Of a DNA stretch of 64,000 nt, positions 52,261 through 64,000 are shown piece after piece. The DNA comes from Octopus vulgaris (lineage: Eukaryota). The stretch is taken from NCBI GenBank assembly GCA_951406725.2, contig OX597817.1, positions 84,320,001 through 84,384,000 of the forward strand. Direction: 5' to 3'. The number at the start of each line of letters is the position of its first letter. The stretch's first letter is position 1. The notes below the pieces were generated by a model. It did no database searches and was not told the DNA's origin. It saw nothing but the letters and a program-made list of their open reading frames with translations. Made by a program: the position numbers and the translations under genes.

Positions 52261-52502
52261 AGGAAGGGGTGGGGGTAGCCACATCTAGAAATCTATCGAC
52301 AAAGTTACCGACGAGGATGATGCTGTTCATTATTTTGAGGAATTCCTCAACAGTCTGCAACCGTCCGGTATTCCACCACTTGGGTTATCCCAGGAACGGC
52401 TGTAATACTTCAAATTCACCTTACCCTAATTAAATTATTCTAAATGACTTGAGATACTCGTTCTGTCTTGGTTTTTCATTTCACTTCTAATATGATATAA
52501 AA

Positions 52503-52577
<75 letters not shown>

Positions 52578-53234
52578 TGTGTGCATAGTCCATTTAAATA
52601 AACGAATAACAACTGACAACATGAGGACGTGCGTGAGAAATGCATTAACTCGACGCTCGGTTAAAGGAGAGAGGTTAACGTTTAACTCTCGCTTAGAAAT
52701 GAGAAAGGGAAAAAGACCAAAGAATGAAACTAAATCGCCAACAGCACACATGTAGCTACATTGCTGAAGTGACCGGTAGTAGAAAGAGATAGGGAAAGTG
52801 ATTTTTGGAACAGGCGAGTGTGAAGATGGTCAGCGTGTGTGTGGTAGGATCTGTGTGCTTGTGTGAGTAGTATACGTGTGTGTAGTAGTAGTAGAATTTG
52901 TGTGTGTTTGTGTATGTGTGTGCATGTGCGTGGTAGCATTTGTGTGCGTGCGTTTGTATTTGTGTCGGTCAGTGAGCAGGTCAATAGTGACAGTCGAAAG
53001 AGGTGAAAAGTGTGTGAGTGGGTGGGTGTGATTGTGCATGTGTCTATGTGTTTGCATGGGTGCGTATGATGGACTGAGAATTTGTGTGTGTATATGTGCG
53101 TACGGGTGTATATGTGCGTACACGCGTATGAGTGTGTGTGGAGGTGACCGGTAAATTCTACTGCGGTAAATTCCACCAGGTAAATTCCACCACGGTATTT
53201 TCTACCATGGTATATTCCATGGTATATACAGTGA

Positions 53235-53322
53235 AGGCGCATGGCTCAGTGGTTAGAGCGTCGAGCTTACGATCGTGAGGTTGTGAGCTCGAATCCCGGA
53301 CCGTTGCCTTTCCCTTGGATAA
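53235..53322 (+). mobile_element. tRNA-like SINE head fragment
   Basis: ggcgcatggctcagtggttagagcg..gagctcgaatcccgg A/B boxes. Confidence 0.7.
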
Positions 53323-53323
53323 C

Positions 53324-53394
<71 letters not shown>

Positions 53395-53434
53395 CACTTA
53401 TATATATGTATATATATGGGTGAATATAGATATG

Positions 53435-54327
53435 TATATGCGAGTCGTGAGGTAGGCATTTCAAAATCGTCTGTCCAACGCATTTTGAAGCGTTGTCAAT
53501 GGAAAAGTTACTTTCCAAGATTTGTCCACGCTATTAATGACAATGATCCAGACCGGAGAGTGTAGTATTGTGAGTGGCACTTGGCACAATGTGTAGAAGA
53601 TGCACACTTTCCAACAAAAGTTGTGTGGAGTGATGAGGCCACATTCGAATAAAATGGTTCAATTAATCACCACAATTGCACCTAGTGGGGACCTGAGAAT
53701 CCGCATGTTATAGTGGAACACCATGTTAATTTACCAGGAGTTACAGTGTGGTGTGGCTTATCCTCAAGAGGATTAATTGGACCATTCGTTTTTTCACGCT
53801 ACTATGACTGGTCCTGTTTACTTGAACTTGCTGCAACCGTCTGTCATGCCAAGCATTAGAGAAGACTTTGAAAATGAGGAGTTTTATTTTCAGCAAGATG
53901 GGGCACCCCAACACTAGCATCGCGATGTTAAATCCTTCCTTGGTGAGATCTTGCCAAACAGGTGGATTGGGTTTCGTTGAATACCCTCCGCGTTCACCAG
54001 AACTCACGCCACTAGATATTTTTTTATAGGGATACCTAAAAGACAAAGTCTACACTATGAAACCTGCAACAGTTGTTAATTTGAGAGCAGCCATTGAACG
54101 AGAATGCACACAAATACCAAACGAATTGTTTCGTGATATTTGCGATTCCATTACAACGCGTTGTCAGCAGAGCCCAGACCAGAACGGGCGTCAGTTTGAA
54201 AACAGGCGTTGACAAAACAATAAATAATGTCTGTAGATTCCATTGAATTTCGCAAATGAAATGTATTCTAATAAACACCTACTTTACAATTATTTAAAGT
54301 GTGTACACATTTTTGGGGGACACCCTG
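53435..54327 (+). mobile_element. rosa-like (DD41D) Tc1/mariner transposon remnant
   Basis: [60 protein letters not shown]; 3' TIR ..gggggacaccctg|ta. Confidence 0.85.
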
Positions 54328-54549
54328 TATATATATATATATATATATATACACACGTGTATATTTTTGTCTCTCACCGTTTTCTTTCCTTTCTTCATTG
54401 CTTTCTTTTCTCATTCCTTTCTGTAGAGGAGGCTAAGCTCAAAGCGTCAAAGACACTTCCATTTTCCGTCAGTGTCAAACTAATACACGTTTTGTTCCCT
54501 CACTTGTCTGTCTTCAGCCTTTTGTTTTTTGGCACAATTTTGAAAATAT

Positions 54550-55335
54550 TAATCACCAAATCAATATGGCTGTACAATGATACTACTAGTTTAACTCCAG
54601 GTGGATCTTCCACTGCTGGTTATAGGTGCAGCACTGCACCTTGTACATATGTATTGCCAGCAAGGGAGCGAACCCCTACCATTCTCCTGCAGGCGCCAGG
54701 ATCGTGAGACCGATTCGATTTCGAGCTATTTTTGGTCATCCTCAGTTACGAATACCTGGTCGCAAGAGAGACAGCCAGTGTCCGCTCTAGCAAGCAATAT
54801 ATAGTAAACAATGCGACCATCGGTCACTGATTTGCAACAAGTATCTGGTTGTTAAATTTCAATAAGAGGTGAGAGCAGCAACTATACTAACAAGTAAAGT
54901 TAATCGCTTGGGTGCAGTGCTACACCTATAACTAACTGACGAAAGATCTCCCTGGGGTTAAACAAGTAGTAACATTGTACAGCCATATTGCTGTAGTGAT
55001 TAACTTTACTTGTTTGTATAGTTACTACTCTTATATCTTAGAGATTTTACAACTAGCTACTTTGCTTGATGCAAATGAGTGACCGATGGTCGATTTGCTT
55101 CCTATATATTGCTTCCTGGTGCAGACTTTGGCCATCTGTCTGGCGACCAGGTGTTCGTGACTAGGGATGAACAAACAAGCTCGAAACCGAATCAGTCTTG
55201 CGATCATGTCGTCAGCTAGAGGATAGTAGGGGTTCGCTCCCCAGTTGACAACTTATATATACAGGGTGCAGTGCTGCATCTTTAACAAACTGGCAGAAGA
55301 TTTTACTAGCGATATTGATGTGGCGATTAACTTCT
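54550..55335. repeat. ~355-bp monomer: one inverted copy plus ~1.2 tandem copies, each with a hammerhead motif
   Basis: 54550-54907 (-) versus 54910-55335 (+), circularly permuted; HHR at 54702-54751 (-) and 55155-55203 (+). Confidence 0.8.
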
Positions 55336-55499
55336 ATATATAGTTTATTGTTCCGTTCGTTAAGGTAAGATCAACAAAAAAGTGTTCTATCCTCAGTGAG
55401 AGCTAAATATCTAGAACTTCTAATATTCTTCAAGATGAATTTTAGCCCTTCTATTACAAATTCTTTTTTTATGGGGTGTGGATTGACTCTATTCCTTAG

Positions 55500-56700
55500 G
55501 CTGTGGGGATATTAGAATAGAGGTTGACTACATCTCCAAACGCACACCTTCATAAAGAACAAAAGACAACTCAAGTCAATGAAAAGTCTCCTAATACAAA
55601 CCCAAGTACACTTGGCAACAACATTGAAACCGTCAGTAAAAAAAATGCGGAAGAACTAACTGTGGTATATGCGTCAACCTAATTGAGGAATCGGAGTTCT
55701 CCTTCAAACAAGGTCAACGTTTTACATGGAAAAACAACTTCACATGTGCTTCTGAAAATCTAATATATAAATTATCCTGTTCAGGGTGTCGAGAGCAATA
55801 CATAGGCCAAACCAAAAATCAGTCTACGACAGAGGATGGCCCTACATAGCTCCCAGATTCAAATTTAGGAATACAGAAAAATAGCATTCACCGGGCACAT
55901 CGACATTTGCGCCACTAACGAACAACCCAACTTCAGAATTTTTCTCCTCAATAAATTCAGGGACGATGCAACCTATAATCAGAGCATTAGAAAAGAGACA
56001 TATTTTATCGCAAAGTATAAACCCGTTTTGAATGCCTCCACCACAGATGACACTACTACAAGGGCCTTAGAATAATACCCACGCAAATATTCAAAACGAT
56101 ATGTTCAGAACAGTCACTACCCATGAATTTATTCAGAACAATTCCAATCACTACTGCTATAACCACAACAGTTCACTTTTAGGTAACTTGACCATTTAAG
56201 AAGATTCTACCAACAGTCTACTACTGTCGTACCACACCCGTCATTTTTCTTCCTCTTTCTCTTCTTTCACTACTCCCACTTCGTTTTTTCTTCTTTCTTT
56301 CTTTCTTCTTCTTCCTCCTCCTCTTCTTCTTCTTCTTCTTCTTCTTCTTATTCTTATTCTTCTTCTTATTATTATTATTATTATCCGTCTTTTTCTTCGG
56401 ATACTCCTGCTTAAACAATCAAAATCTAAAACTAACATCCCTCATATTAAATATTTATTCAGATTTGCTACAACCTACCTACCAAGCCTTCACAGAAGTA
56501 AAAGAGAGAGAGACAGAAAAAAGGAAAATGCCCTACTTATTTTAAGATTATGGAAATATTTTAAACTACCATTTCGTTTCATTTTTCCATAATTTAATTG
56601 TTTTTCATGCTTTGCTCTAAGTTGAAATGTCGCAAAGACTGAAACCGATACTAAAATGTTCTTCATGATAAAATTATCTTAACATTTTCTACCTTGTCCT
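55500..56700 (+). mobile_element. PLE GIY-YIG C-terminus and 3' region
   Basis: NFTCASENLIYKLSCSGCREQYIGQT..LRQRMALH..HIDIC..KETYFIAKYKPVLN; degenerate U3-A8 HHR at 56618-56654. Confidence 0.88.
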
Positions 56701-56784
56701 ATTTTTCTTATACATATCAACTCGTGTGTCCTTTTTCAACAATTGATATATATATGTATATATATATGTCTGTGTGTGATATAT

Positions 56785-57006
56785 AGGCGGCGAGATGGCA
56801 GAATCGTTAGCACGCCGGGCGAAATGTTTCGTCTGCTGCTAGGTTCTGAGTTCAAATTCCGCCGAGGTCGACTTTGCCTTTCATCCTATCGGGGTCGATA
56901 AATTAAGTACCAGTTACACACTGGGGTCGATGTAATCGACTTAATACCTATGTCTGTCCTTGTTTGTCCCCTCTATGTTTAGCCCCTTGTGGGTAATAAA
57001 GAAATA
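56785..57006 (+). mobile_element. SINE family B, full length
   Basis: Head aggcggcgagatggcagaatcgttagc; tail cccttgtgggtaataaagaaata. Confidence 0.92.
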
Positions 57007-57729
57007 GATATATGTGCATGTGCGTAGCTGTGTTTGCGTGCATACATACATACGAATCTATTCCATCTCAATCACAGATTTTTTTAACTAATTTTTTTTA
57101 ACTAAACAATTTGAAACTTCGAATGCTGGTAGAATTTCTTACGTAGAACACGGTTTATTCTGAACGTTTTTGACAAAATTATAGTGAGCATATTTGTGGA
57201 TAAACATCAACACGTGTGTGTATGTGTGTGTGCGCACGCGCGCGTGTGCATGTTCGTCGGTTTGCAAGGGCGACAGAGGGAGAGCAATGATAATTTTTCT
57301 CGCGTAACGAAGCGAAACAGCAGAAGTGAAAAATATTTAGTATTTTTTATTCGATTAATATTAAACGTTATATATATTTAATTGAATTTCAGTTAATTAA
57401 CTATTTCATATTTCTTTTATATCCATATTCATATCCATCCGTAGGCAGTTTCTCAATTTTTGCAATGTAGACAGAAGCAAACTCATTACGCTATTTATGC
57501 GCACAATATTCAAATTTCGTTCTAAATCAAATAAAGAGCTAGATGTATGTATTTTTTGAATAGGGAGAACGAGCAAACACAATATTCAATTTGTGTTTCT
57601 ATATAGTTTAAGCTTGAGACATATTTTCTAAATTCACGTGGCATGAAGGTCATTGTACTATTGACCTTTTCTCATGGTATCGGAAATTTTGAAGTTTGTA
57701 TATCTCCTACAGAAGAGCAGGATGCACAA

Positions 57730-57765
<36 letters not shown>

Positions 57766-57890
57766 TATACTCGCGTAGATCCCTGACAGCGATTTGCCTC
57801 TTCCTGCGATGTCATCATCATCATAAATGTAAATACGCTCAAGATATATATATATATCGTAAGAAGCGATATATATATATATATATATAT

Positions 57891-58565
57891 CGCTTACGTT
57901 TCTGGTGTGCTAAATTTTCTGGAGAACAATTCTTAGTGGTTGAGACCATAACGGATCTTCTTCTAGCATAAGGGTTTCCACATAGTAGTTTTAAAAATCC
58001 CTCCTATATTTATGTATGAAATACTATTTACTGAATCTCAGTTTTTTTTATATGCTAAACCACTGGTGTTAAAATTGATGTTATCAAATTAATATCCAAT
58101 TATTCACTCTCATTTTGATTTTAATTTTAAATTAATACGTTCTCAAACCTGTGAAAACTACTGCAGTGAATTATTTATGCAGTATTTATTTCTGGTAATT
58201 TGGCGCGCCTAAACGAAGACTTTTGAAAATAACCGCAAATATAATAAGTGGAACTACATGCATTTTCGACCTCGTGTTGATATCTGGCGTGAAGTTCTAC
58301 AAATTATATCTTGCAAAGAGGATCACACTGACGATATACAGGTAAATTGTGTAAGTAAAATTACGTAATTTATTGATAGTGAAACAATTGTTTGTGATTA
58401 ATCTATATTTTTGTTATTTTTCACTTGTCTTGCTCGCTTACGTTTCTGGTGTGCTAAATTTTCTGGAGAACAATTATTAGTGGTTGAGACCATAGCGGAT
58501 CTTCTTCTAGCATAAGGGCTTCCTTCCACATAGTGGTTAAAATATTCCCTCTTATATTTATGTAT
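57891..58565 (+). repeat. ~130-bp direct repeats 544 bp apart, between (TA)n runs
   Basis: cgcttacgtttctggtgtgctaaattttctggagaac.. at 57891 and 58435. Confidence 0.88.
58322..58398 (+). ncRNA. Type I hammerhead motif
   Basis: AUCACA-CUGACGA-...-GAAAC-AAUU-GUU-UGUGAU; 6-bp stem I, palindrome AACAAUUGUU; base of stem II is imperfect. Confidence 0.62.
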
Positions 58566-58604
58566 ATATATATATATATACACTTACATGCGTGTGAGTG
58601 TGTG

Positions 58605-59070
58605 TTACTAGTTTCAGCTCGAGAGCTGCGATCGTGCTGGGACACCGCCGTTGCTTTGTTACACTTTCACTAAACGTACTCTGATACATGGTATTTGGTG
58701 AACGAGGGAGTTTGGTGTTGCTGCCCTCATCTACGTTCCTTGCAGCGAGTAAGGTTCATCCGGAACTCTTGACAGGAGGAGATCCAGTTTTGTTTTGACG
58801 ACGCCTGCATCCACCTCATGTAGATCTCTCATGCTTTGTGGAAGGATATTGAAGAACTGTGGGATCTTGAAGCCCAAGCTGTAGCAGTATCTGATCTTCT
58901 ATCGAGATGGCAATGTTGGAATTCTTGGTACTATGCAGTGGCACCCTGTTTGTGTAACTTACAATGCCAGAATTTTCTAGGATTTTCCAGATGCGTATCA
59001 CTGCGTATCTTCTTCCCTTTCGTTCAAAGGAGCAGATTCTTAACATTTTCAGTCTCACGCTGTAGCGTAT
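58605..59070 (-). mobile_element. CR1/L2-group LINE 3' end
   Basis: RLKML..SFERK..RYAVIRIWKIL..SLGFKIPQFFNILP..KTKLDLLLSRVPDEP; 3' UTR hairpin cagctc/gagctg. Confidence 0.8.
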
Positions 59071-59169
59071 GAAAAATGATTAAAATTGTTTCTTGTGTTA
59101 AGTGATTCAAAATATGTTTATTAATGTTTGTGTGTATATATATATGTGCGTTAAAATATGTATATTTTT

Positions 59170-59537
59170 TGTTTTACTTGTTTCATTCATTAGACATGCA
59201 GGTGCCCTCACTTCAAGAATTTCTAGTCGAGTGAATCGACCCCAGTACATATCTTTTATGCCTGGCACTTGTTCTGACGTTATCTTTTGTCGAAATGCTA
59301 AGTAACGGGGACGTAAACACGCGTAAAACGGCCGTCAAGTGGTGTTGGGAGGACATAGACATAAATATACATTCACACACATATTTCAGTTTACATCAAC
59401 CAAATCCACTCACAAGGCTTTGATGGGCCAGAGGCTAGGATAGAAAGCATTTTCCCTAGGTAACACACAGTGGGACTGAACCTAGAACCATGTTTGTTGG
59501 GAAGCAAGCTTCTTACCATACAGTGACATATGCGCCC
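59170..59537 (-). mobile_element. SINE family A, old copy
   Basis: Diverged match to 42677. Confidence 0.85.
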
Positions 59538-59580
59538 ACATGCAGCTACAGCTGCGACTGTATGTGTGTGTATATATATA

Positions 59581-59830
59581 TGGAGGTGCTTGACTTAGTG
59601 GTTAGGGTGTCAGTACCATGATCGTAAGATTCTGGTTTCGATTCCTGGACCAGGCGACGTGTTGTGTTCTTGAGCAAAACACTTCATTTCACGTTGCTCC
59701 AGTCCACTCAGCTAGCAAAACGGAGTAACGCTGCGATGGACCGGCGTCTCGTCCAGCTGGCAAACATGTACTCCATTGAAACCGGGAAACCGGGCCCATG
59801 ACCCTGGCTAGGCTTTAAAAGGGCGTATTT
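59581..59830 (+). mobile_element. SINE family C-related variant
   Basis: tRNA head plus ttgtgttcttgagcaaaacacttcatttcacg body. Confidence 0.8.
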
Positions 59831-59959
59831 ATTTTATTTTATTTTATTTATATATGTATATATATAGAAAGAGAGAGAGAGAGAGAGAGATAGCATATAT
59901 ATATATATATACATACATATACATATATTCATATATATTCACATACGAGTGTGTATTTC

Positions 59960-60740
59960 TACAGAGTGCAATTGGTATTTGAAGAAAATTATCTGTATAG
60001 TGCTATATTCAAATCAATTTAAAGCTTTTGCTTCTTTTCAAATCTCTTATGGCATAGCACGCTAGCACAAGGAATGAAGACATGTAGTCAGTGTTGTCTT
60101 ACGCGTGGAACATAGCGGTTTAAGTTTTACCAACTTTCTAAATGTTGCAAAAATACACCAACGACTTCATAACATTAATCGATGATGATCCCGGAAATAC
60201 AATGTGGGCTATCGTCAAAGGACTTCAGATGTGAGAGAGGACTATTTTAAATGTGTTGCACAAGAAGATTCAATAAAAGTCGTATATATTTAGGAAAGGC
60301 CAGTTAATGTCTGCGAAGGCACCAGAAAACCGTCTGATTTGTGGCAAGTGCTTCTCAACAAGGTTAAAAACACTCACAAGCAGCATGCTTTCGCTCTTCT
60401 CTGATGAGAAAACTTTCAACCAAGACTAACAAATGAAATAACAGATGGTTATGTTCAGATCTTGTGATATTCCCGGAGTTGGGCACTCCCAGCAATTGTG
60501 ATGATTTTAGGAGTGTTGAGTAACGATGTTTGTCGCATCCTTCCTCATTCTCTCAGAATTAATGCTACTGGATATAATGAGGTATTAGAGAGGGCTTTTA
60601 ATCCCTGAATGGATGATAAACGCATTGGCAGGTTATACGTGTTTCAGAAAGACTCAGGACTTCCTCGCTAAGTCCACGTAACTACGAATGGGAATCAGAC
60701 AAATTTTACAATCACGTAGCACTAAACTTGTAACATCCAA
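59960..60740 (+). mobile_element. maT-like (DD37D) transposase remnant
   Basis: KSYIFRKGQLMS, FSDEKTFNQD, VMILGVLSND, RINATGY, YVFQKDSG. Confidence 0.7.
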
Positions 60741-60854
60741 AAGTGCTCAATATTGCATTGGTGGATAAAATTTACTTATGTATTAAAGCTGGCATTGGTT
60801 TCATGTTACGAAAATATCTTAATATCTTAACAATGTTTTAAGCCAATCACAAGG

Positions 60855-61449
60855 AGATTCAAATAGCTTACAAGGACGCTGCCATGAGCAAAACAATTTT
60901 ACGAGTGGTTTCCTTGCTTTAGGAATGGTCACTTGTCGCTTAAAGACCAACCTCCTTCAGGGCAACCGTCGACCACTCGAACGAATGAAAACATCACGAA
61001 AATTCGGGAACTGATCTTTGAGGACCGTCGTCGAACAATTGGCAAACTTGTTGATATGGCTAGTGTGATCTGGAGCTCTTCCCAAAGAATTTTGAGCGAG
61101 GAATTGCGAATGAAACGAGTTGCAGCAAATTTTGTGCCTTGCTTGCTCACGGAAGATCAAAAGAAGTCATGATTGAATGCGCGTCACGAACTGAAAGAAT
61201 AGTTGGAAATTGATCCGGGCCTTTATGTCGAATGTCATCACTAGTGTCGGAAGCTGGTGCTACATAATTTGAAGACGTGGAAGAGGTGAAGGAAAAAACG
61301 ACGCAGGCGTTTAAAAAGCATCACTTCGCAAGAGTTCCAGGACTGCTTCGAATAGTGGAAAACGCGCCTGGAGAATATTTTAAAGGCGATGAAAGTGTAA
61401 ACATGAAAAACTAAGTGAAAATTTCGGTTTCTTTTGGGTACCCTCTCGT
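60855..61449 (+). mobile_element. Internally deleted mariner, same family as 12674
   Basis: DQPPSGQPSTTRTNENITKIRELI..VAANFVPCLLTEDQK; 3' TIR ttttgggtaccctctcg|ta. Confidence 0.88.
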
Positions 61450-61665
61450 ATACATATATATAATATGAGTTTAAAGGAATATACTATCCAAGTGTTTATC
61501 TTGTTTCCTCTTAAGTCGGTTTCAGATGCCGGCTAACCATAACGGTCCTTATGTAGTACCCGAGCTAACAATAAGCAGCCAGGCCCTGGTAAACTTTCTC
61601 GCTGGTTAAATCCGAGCGTCCTGCTCAGGACTGCATATTTTCCGTTGAGTAAGTAAAATTATTTA

Positions 61666-61788
61666 TAATGATCAGGAGAACAGAGATTTTTCACACCAAT
61701 AATTTTATTTATTAGTTATTTACAGCATCTTTACGCGCCCCGTAAAAATTTTTATTGCTGTGAAAAATCTCCATTCTCCTTATCATTA
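61666..61788. repeat. Small fold-back (~37-bp arms)
   Basis: taatgatcaggagaacagagatttttcacaccaataa versus ttattgctgtgaaaaatctccattctccttatcatta. Confidence 0.7.
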
Positions 61789-61811
61789 TTAATACTATAT
61801 ATATATATATA

Positions 61812-62195
61812 TGGCTGCCAGGCAATTTCTGTGACCACATCGCCCCTAACACCTAGCCACCTAGCCCCAGACTGCAACCCCCTTTATTATTATGTGTGGG
61901 GCGCAGCTGAACGAAAGACCAACAGAACTCTTTGTAACACCAAAGATGAACTGAAGGCAAGGAGTATGGCAGCATTCACCAATTTAAAGAAGGAGACTGT
62001 CCAGAAGAGTTGCAGGAGGTTCTGATGTCGTCTGGAGGCCATGGTTGAAGCGAATGTCGATTTTATTGAATAAATTTACTCTTTAGTATTTCAAGATATT
62101 TTATGTAATTTTGGTACATATATTTGTTAAAATGAGATGTCAGTGTCATTTTCATTTTTGCGTAATTTAAACGACAGTTTATTCACTTCACTCTG
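61812..62195 (+). mobile_element. maT-like (DD37D) 3' end with TIR
   Basis: PDCNPLYYYVWG..CNTKDELKA..CRRF*CRLEAMVEANVDFIE*; ends ..cactctg|ta. Confidence 0.8.
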
Positions 62196-63154
62196 TATGT
62201 ATATATATAATCTCTATTCGGCATGTGCGAATGTTTGTTCGTTCGTGACCATCATGACCTAGATTCGCTTCCACAAGACATCCATATTTTTTTCTACTAT
62301 GGTCTTGGCTCAATTCATGTTTAGTGGTGAATTTGATGAGACGGAAATTGTTAGTTTTTATCAATTAATCAATGTCTAATTAACAGTGATAGTCAAAACA
62401 TTCTACGCTCATGCTAGGTACAATATTTCATTGTATAAAAACACTGTGTAACAAAATTTTTCTTTTTTTTTTTTTCTTTTTGCAGTTGGCTAGTAAGTGT
62501 TATTTCCTATTTGCTTCTATCTAAAAATCAAAGGAAATTACTACTATTCCCGTCTAGCATTGGTTTTGTGACCTGGATATCAATGTTTTGAAACTGACTT
62601 ATGTTCCATTACATTTCAGACAGATTCAGCACTGAATTGCCGAAGCAGAAATATCGTTATAGTAAATATTCTGCTCAATACTACAGAATCGCTTGTCAGT
62701 TGCTTGACATTAACCACTTGAATATAACCTTTAGTGGCTGACAATCTGTACATACTGAACATGAGCAGGAGCAGTGAGGAAGCATAACAGCCATGTGGTG
62801 AGAGGGATTCTTTGGAGTTTTGAATAAAAGTAAGAAAAGCAAAGTTCGAAGGAAATATTAGCCATTTTTCATACTTTCTAAGGGTAAGCATATAGGAAAT
62901 AACAGTTGCTACCCAAGGCCAAAGATCGCATTACAGAGTGTAATATATTGTATTTGTTGGTAAGTTTAATCAATTTTGAATATTTTCCATCCAGTTCACG
63001 ATGTTTGCAAAAAGCAACCAATTGAATAAAGAACTTTTCATAAAGTCCATTTCCGTAGACTTTCTGAGTGTTTTGCAATTTAATGAAAACAAAATGTTTC
63101 ACACAACTCGATGTTTTTATGTCTTCTGTTCTAAAATTGGAAAATATATCTTCT

Positions 63155-63543
63155 ATCTTTTACTTGCTTCTGTCTTTGGACTGCTGCCGTGTTGGATGGG
63201 TCGCCTTCATAGGTTTAGTCGGACAAATCGATCCCAGTACATACTTTTATGCCTGGTACTTACTCTATTAGTATATTTTTCCTGAACCGCGATGTTAAGG
63301 GAACATAAACAAACCAACACCAGTTGCCAAGAAGTGATAGTGGGGGAAGGACAAACACAGATACACACATAGATATTTACGATAAGTTTCTTTCAGTTTC
63401 CCTATCCTAAATCTACTCACAAGACTTTGGTCGACCCAGGGCTATAGTAGAAGACACTTGTCCAAGGTTATACGCAGTGAGACTGAACCTGGAACTATGT
63501 TGTTTGGAAGCAAACTTCTTATCCCAGAATCACGCCTTCGCCT
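63155..63543 (-). mobile_element. SINE family A, old copy
   Basis: Diverged match to 42677. Confidence 0.85.
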
Positions 63544-63911
63544 ACAAAATCATGATTAAGTTTTAGTGAAAGACATACGTCATTGATTATTTTCCCCTTT
63601 GTTTGGGATTTCCTTCGAATTGTATTGTTTCTCAGGTATAGTTAAATTCCTATGAATACATACGGAAAATCTTCCATGACCTTTGATAGTGATGACCAAA
63701 ATGGATGAAGAAAATCACTAGTAATGGGTTATTCTCAGTCCAAGTGCAACAGAGCGAACTACACCGAAAGTATCCAAAGACAACCAATAATTTTAAGTTG
63801 AGTGTCCGCCACCCAATGTTTAAGGTACAACACGGATAACTACCAAATGAAATCTACCTACAGCAGCGTTACACATTGTGTCACTTTGATTTTAGTGGTG
63901 GGTAATATTAA

Positions 63912-64000
63912 TATTCTTTTATTCTTTTATTTACTTCAGTCACCTGACTGCGGCCACGTTGGAGAACTGCCTTTATACGAAGAAATCGATCCCAGATTTT
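63912..64000 (-). mobile_element. SINE family A tail (runs off the window)
   Basis: ttcagtcacctgactgcggccacgttggagaactgccttt. Confidence 0.8.

Noticed and set aside
53235-53305. Possible tRNA gene
   Set aside because: Acceptor stem does not close; it continues into a SINE-type body like the other family C heads
60398-60416. CTGATGAGAAAAC
   Set aside because: Coding sequence of the transposase FSDEK motif; no stems

Overview
AT-rich, microsatellite-dense eukaryotic DNA with no host protein-coding gene that I can support. The SINE repertoire and simple-repeat load suggest an octopod cephalopod genome (inference). Nearly all listed ORFs are translations of microsatellites or SINEs. The real content is a transposon graveyard: three tRNA-derived SINE families (more than 20 copies), CR1/L2-group and L1/Tx1-group LINE fragments, at least six Penelope-like element (PLE) fragments with RT and/or GIY-YIG motifs, mariner (DD34D), Tc1 (DD34E), rosa-like (DD41D) and maT-like (DD37D) transposons, a Chapaev3-like element and non-autonomous Helitrons. 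The most striking signal, read by hand, is a dense and diverse set of type I hammerhead ribozyme (HHR) motifs (about 15 sites, about 6 with the core intact). They lie in PLE 3' ends, in fold-back elements embedded in (TA)n, and in tandem ~350-550 bp monomers. Most have a minimal palindromic stem III, typical of dimer-cleaving HHRs, and some carry covariant cores (G3-C8, U3-A8). Both LINE types share their 3' tails with a SINE family. Coordinates were counted manually and may be a few bases off. Family assignments come from recalled motifs, not database searches.
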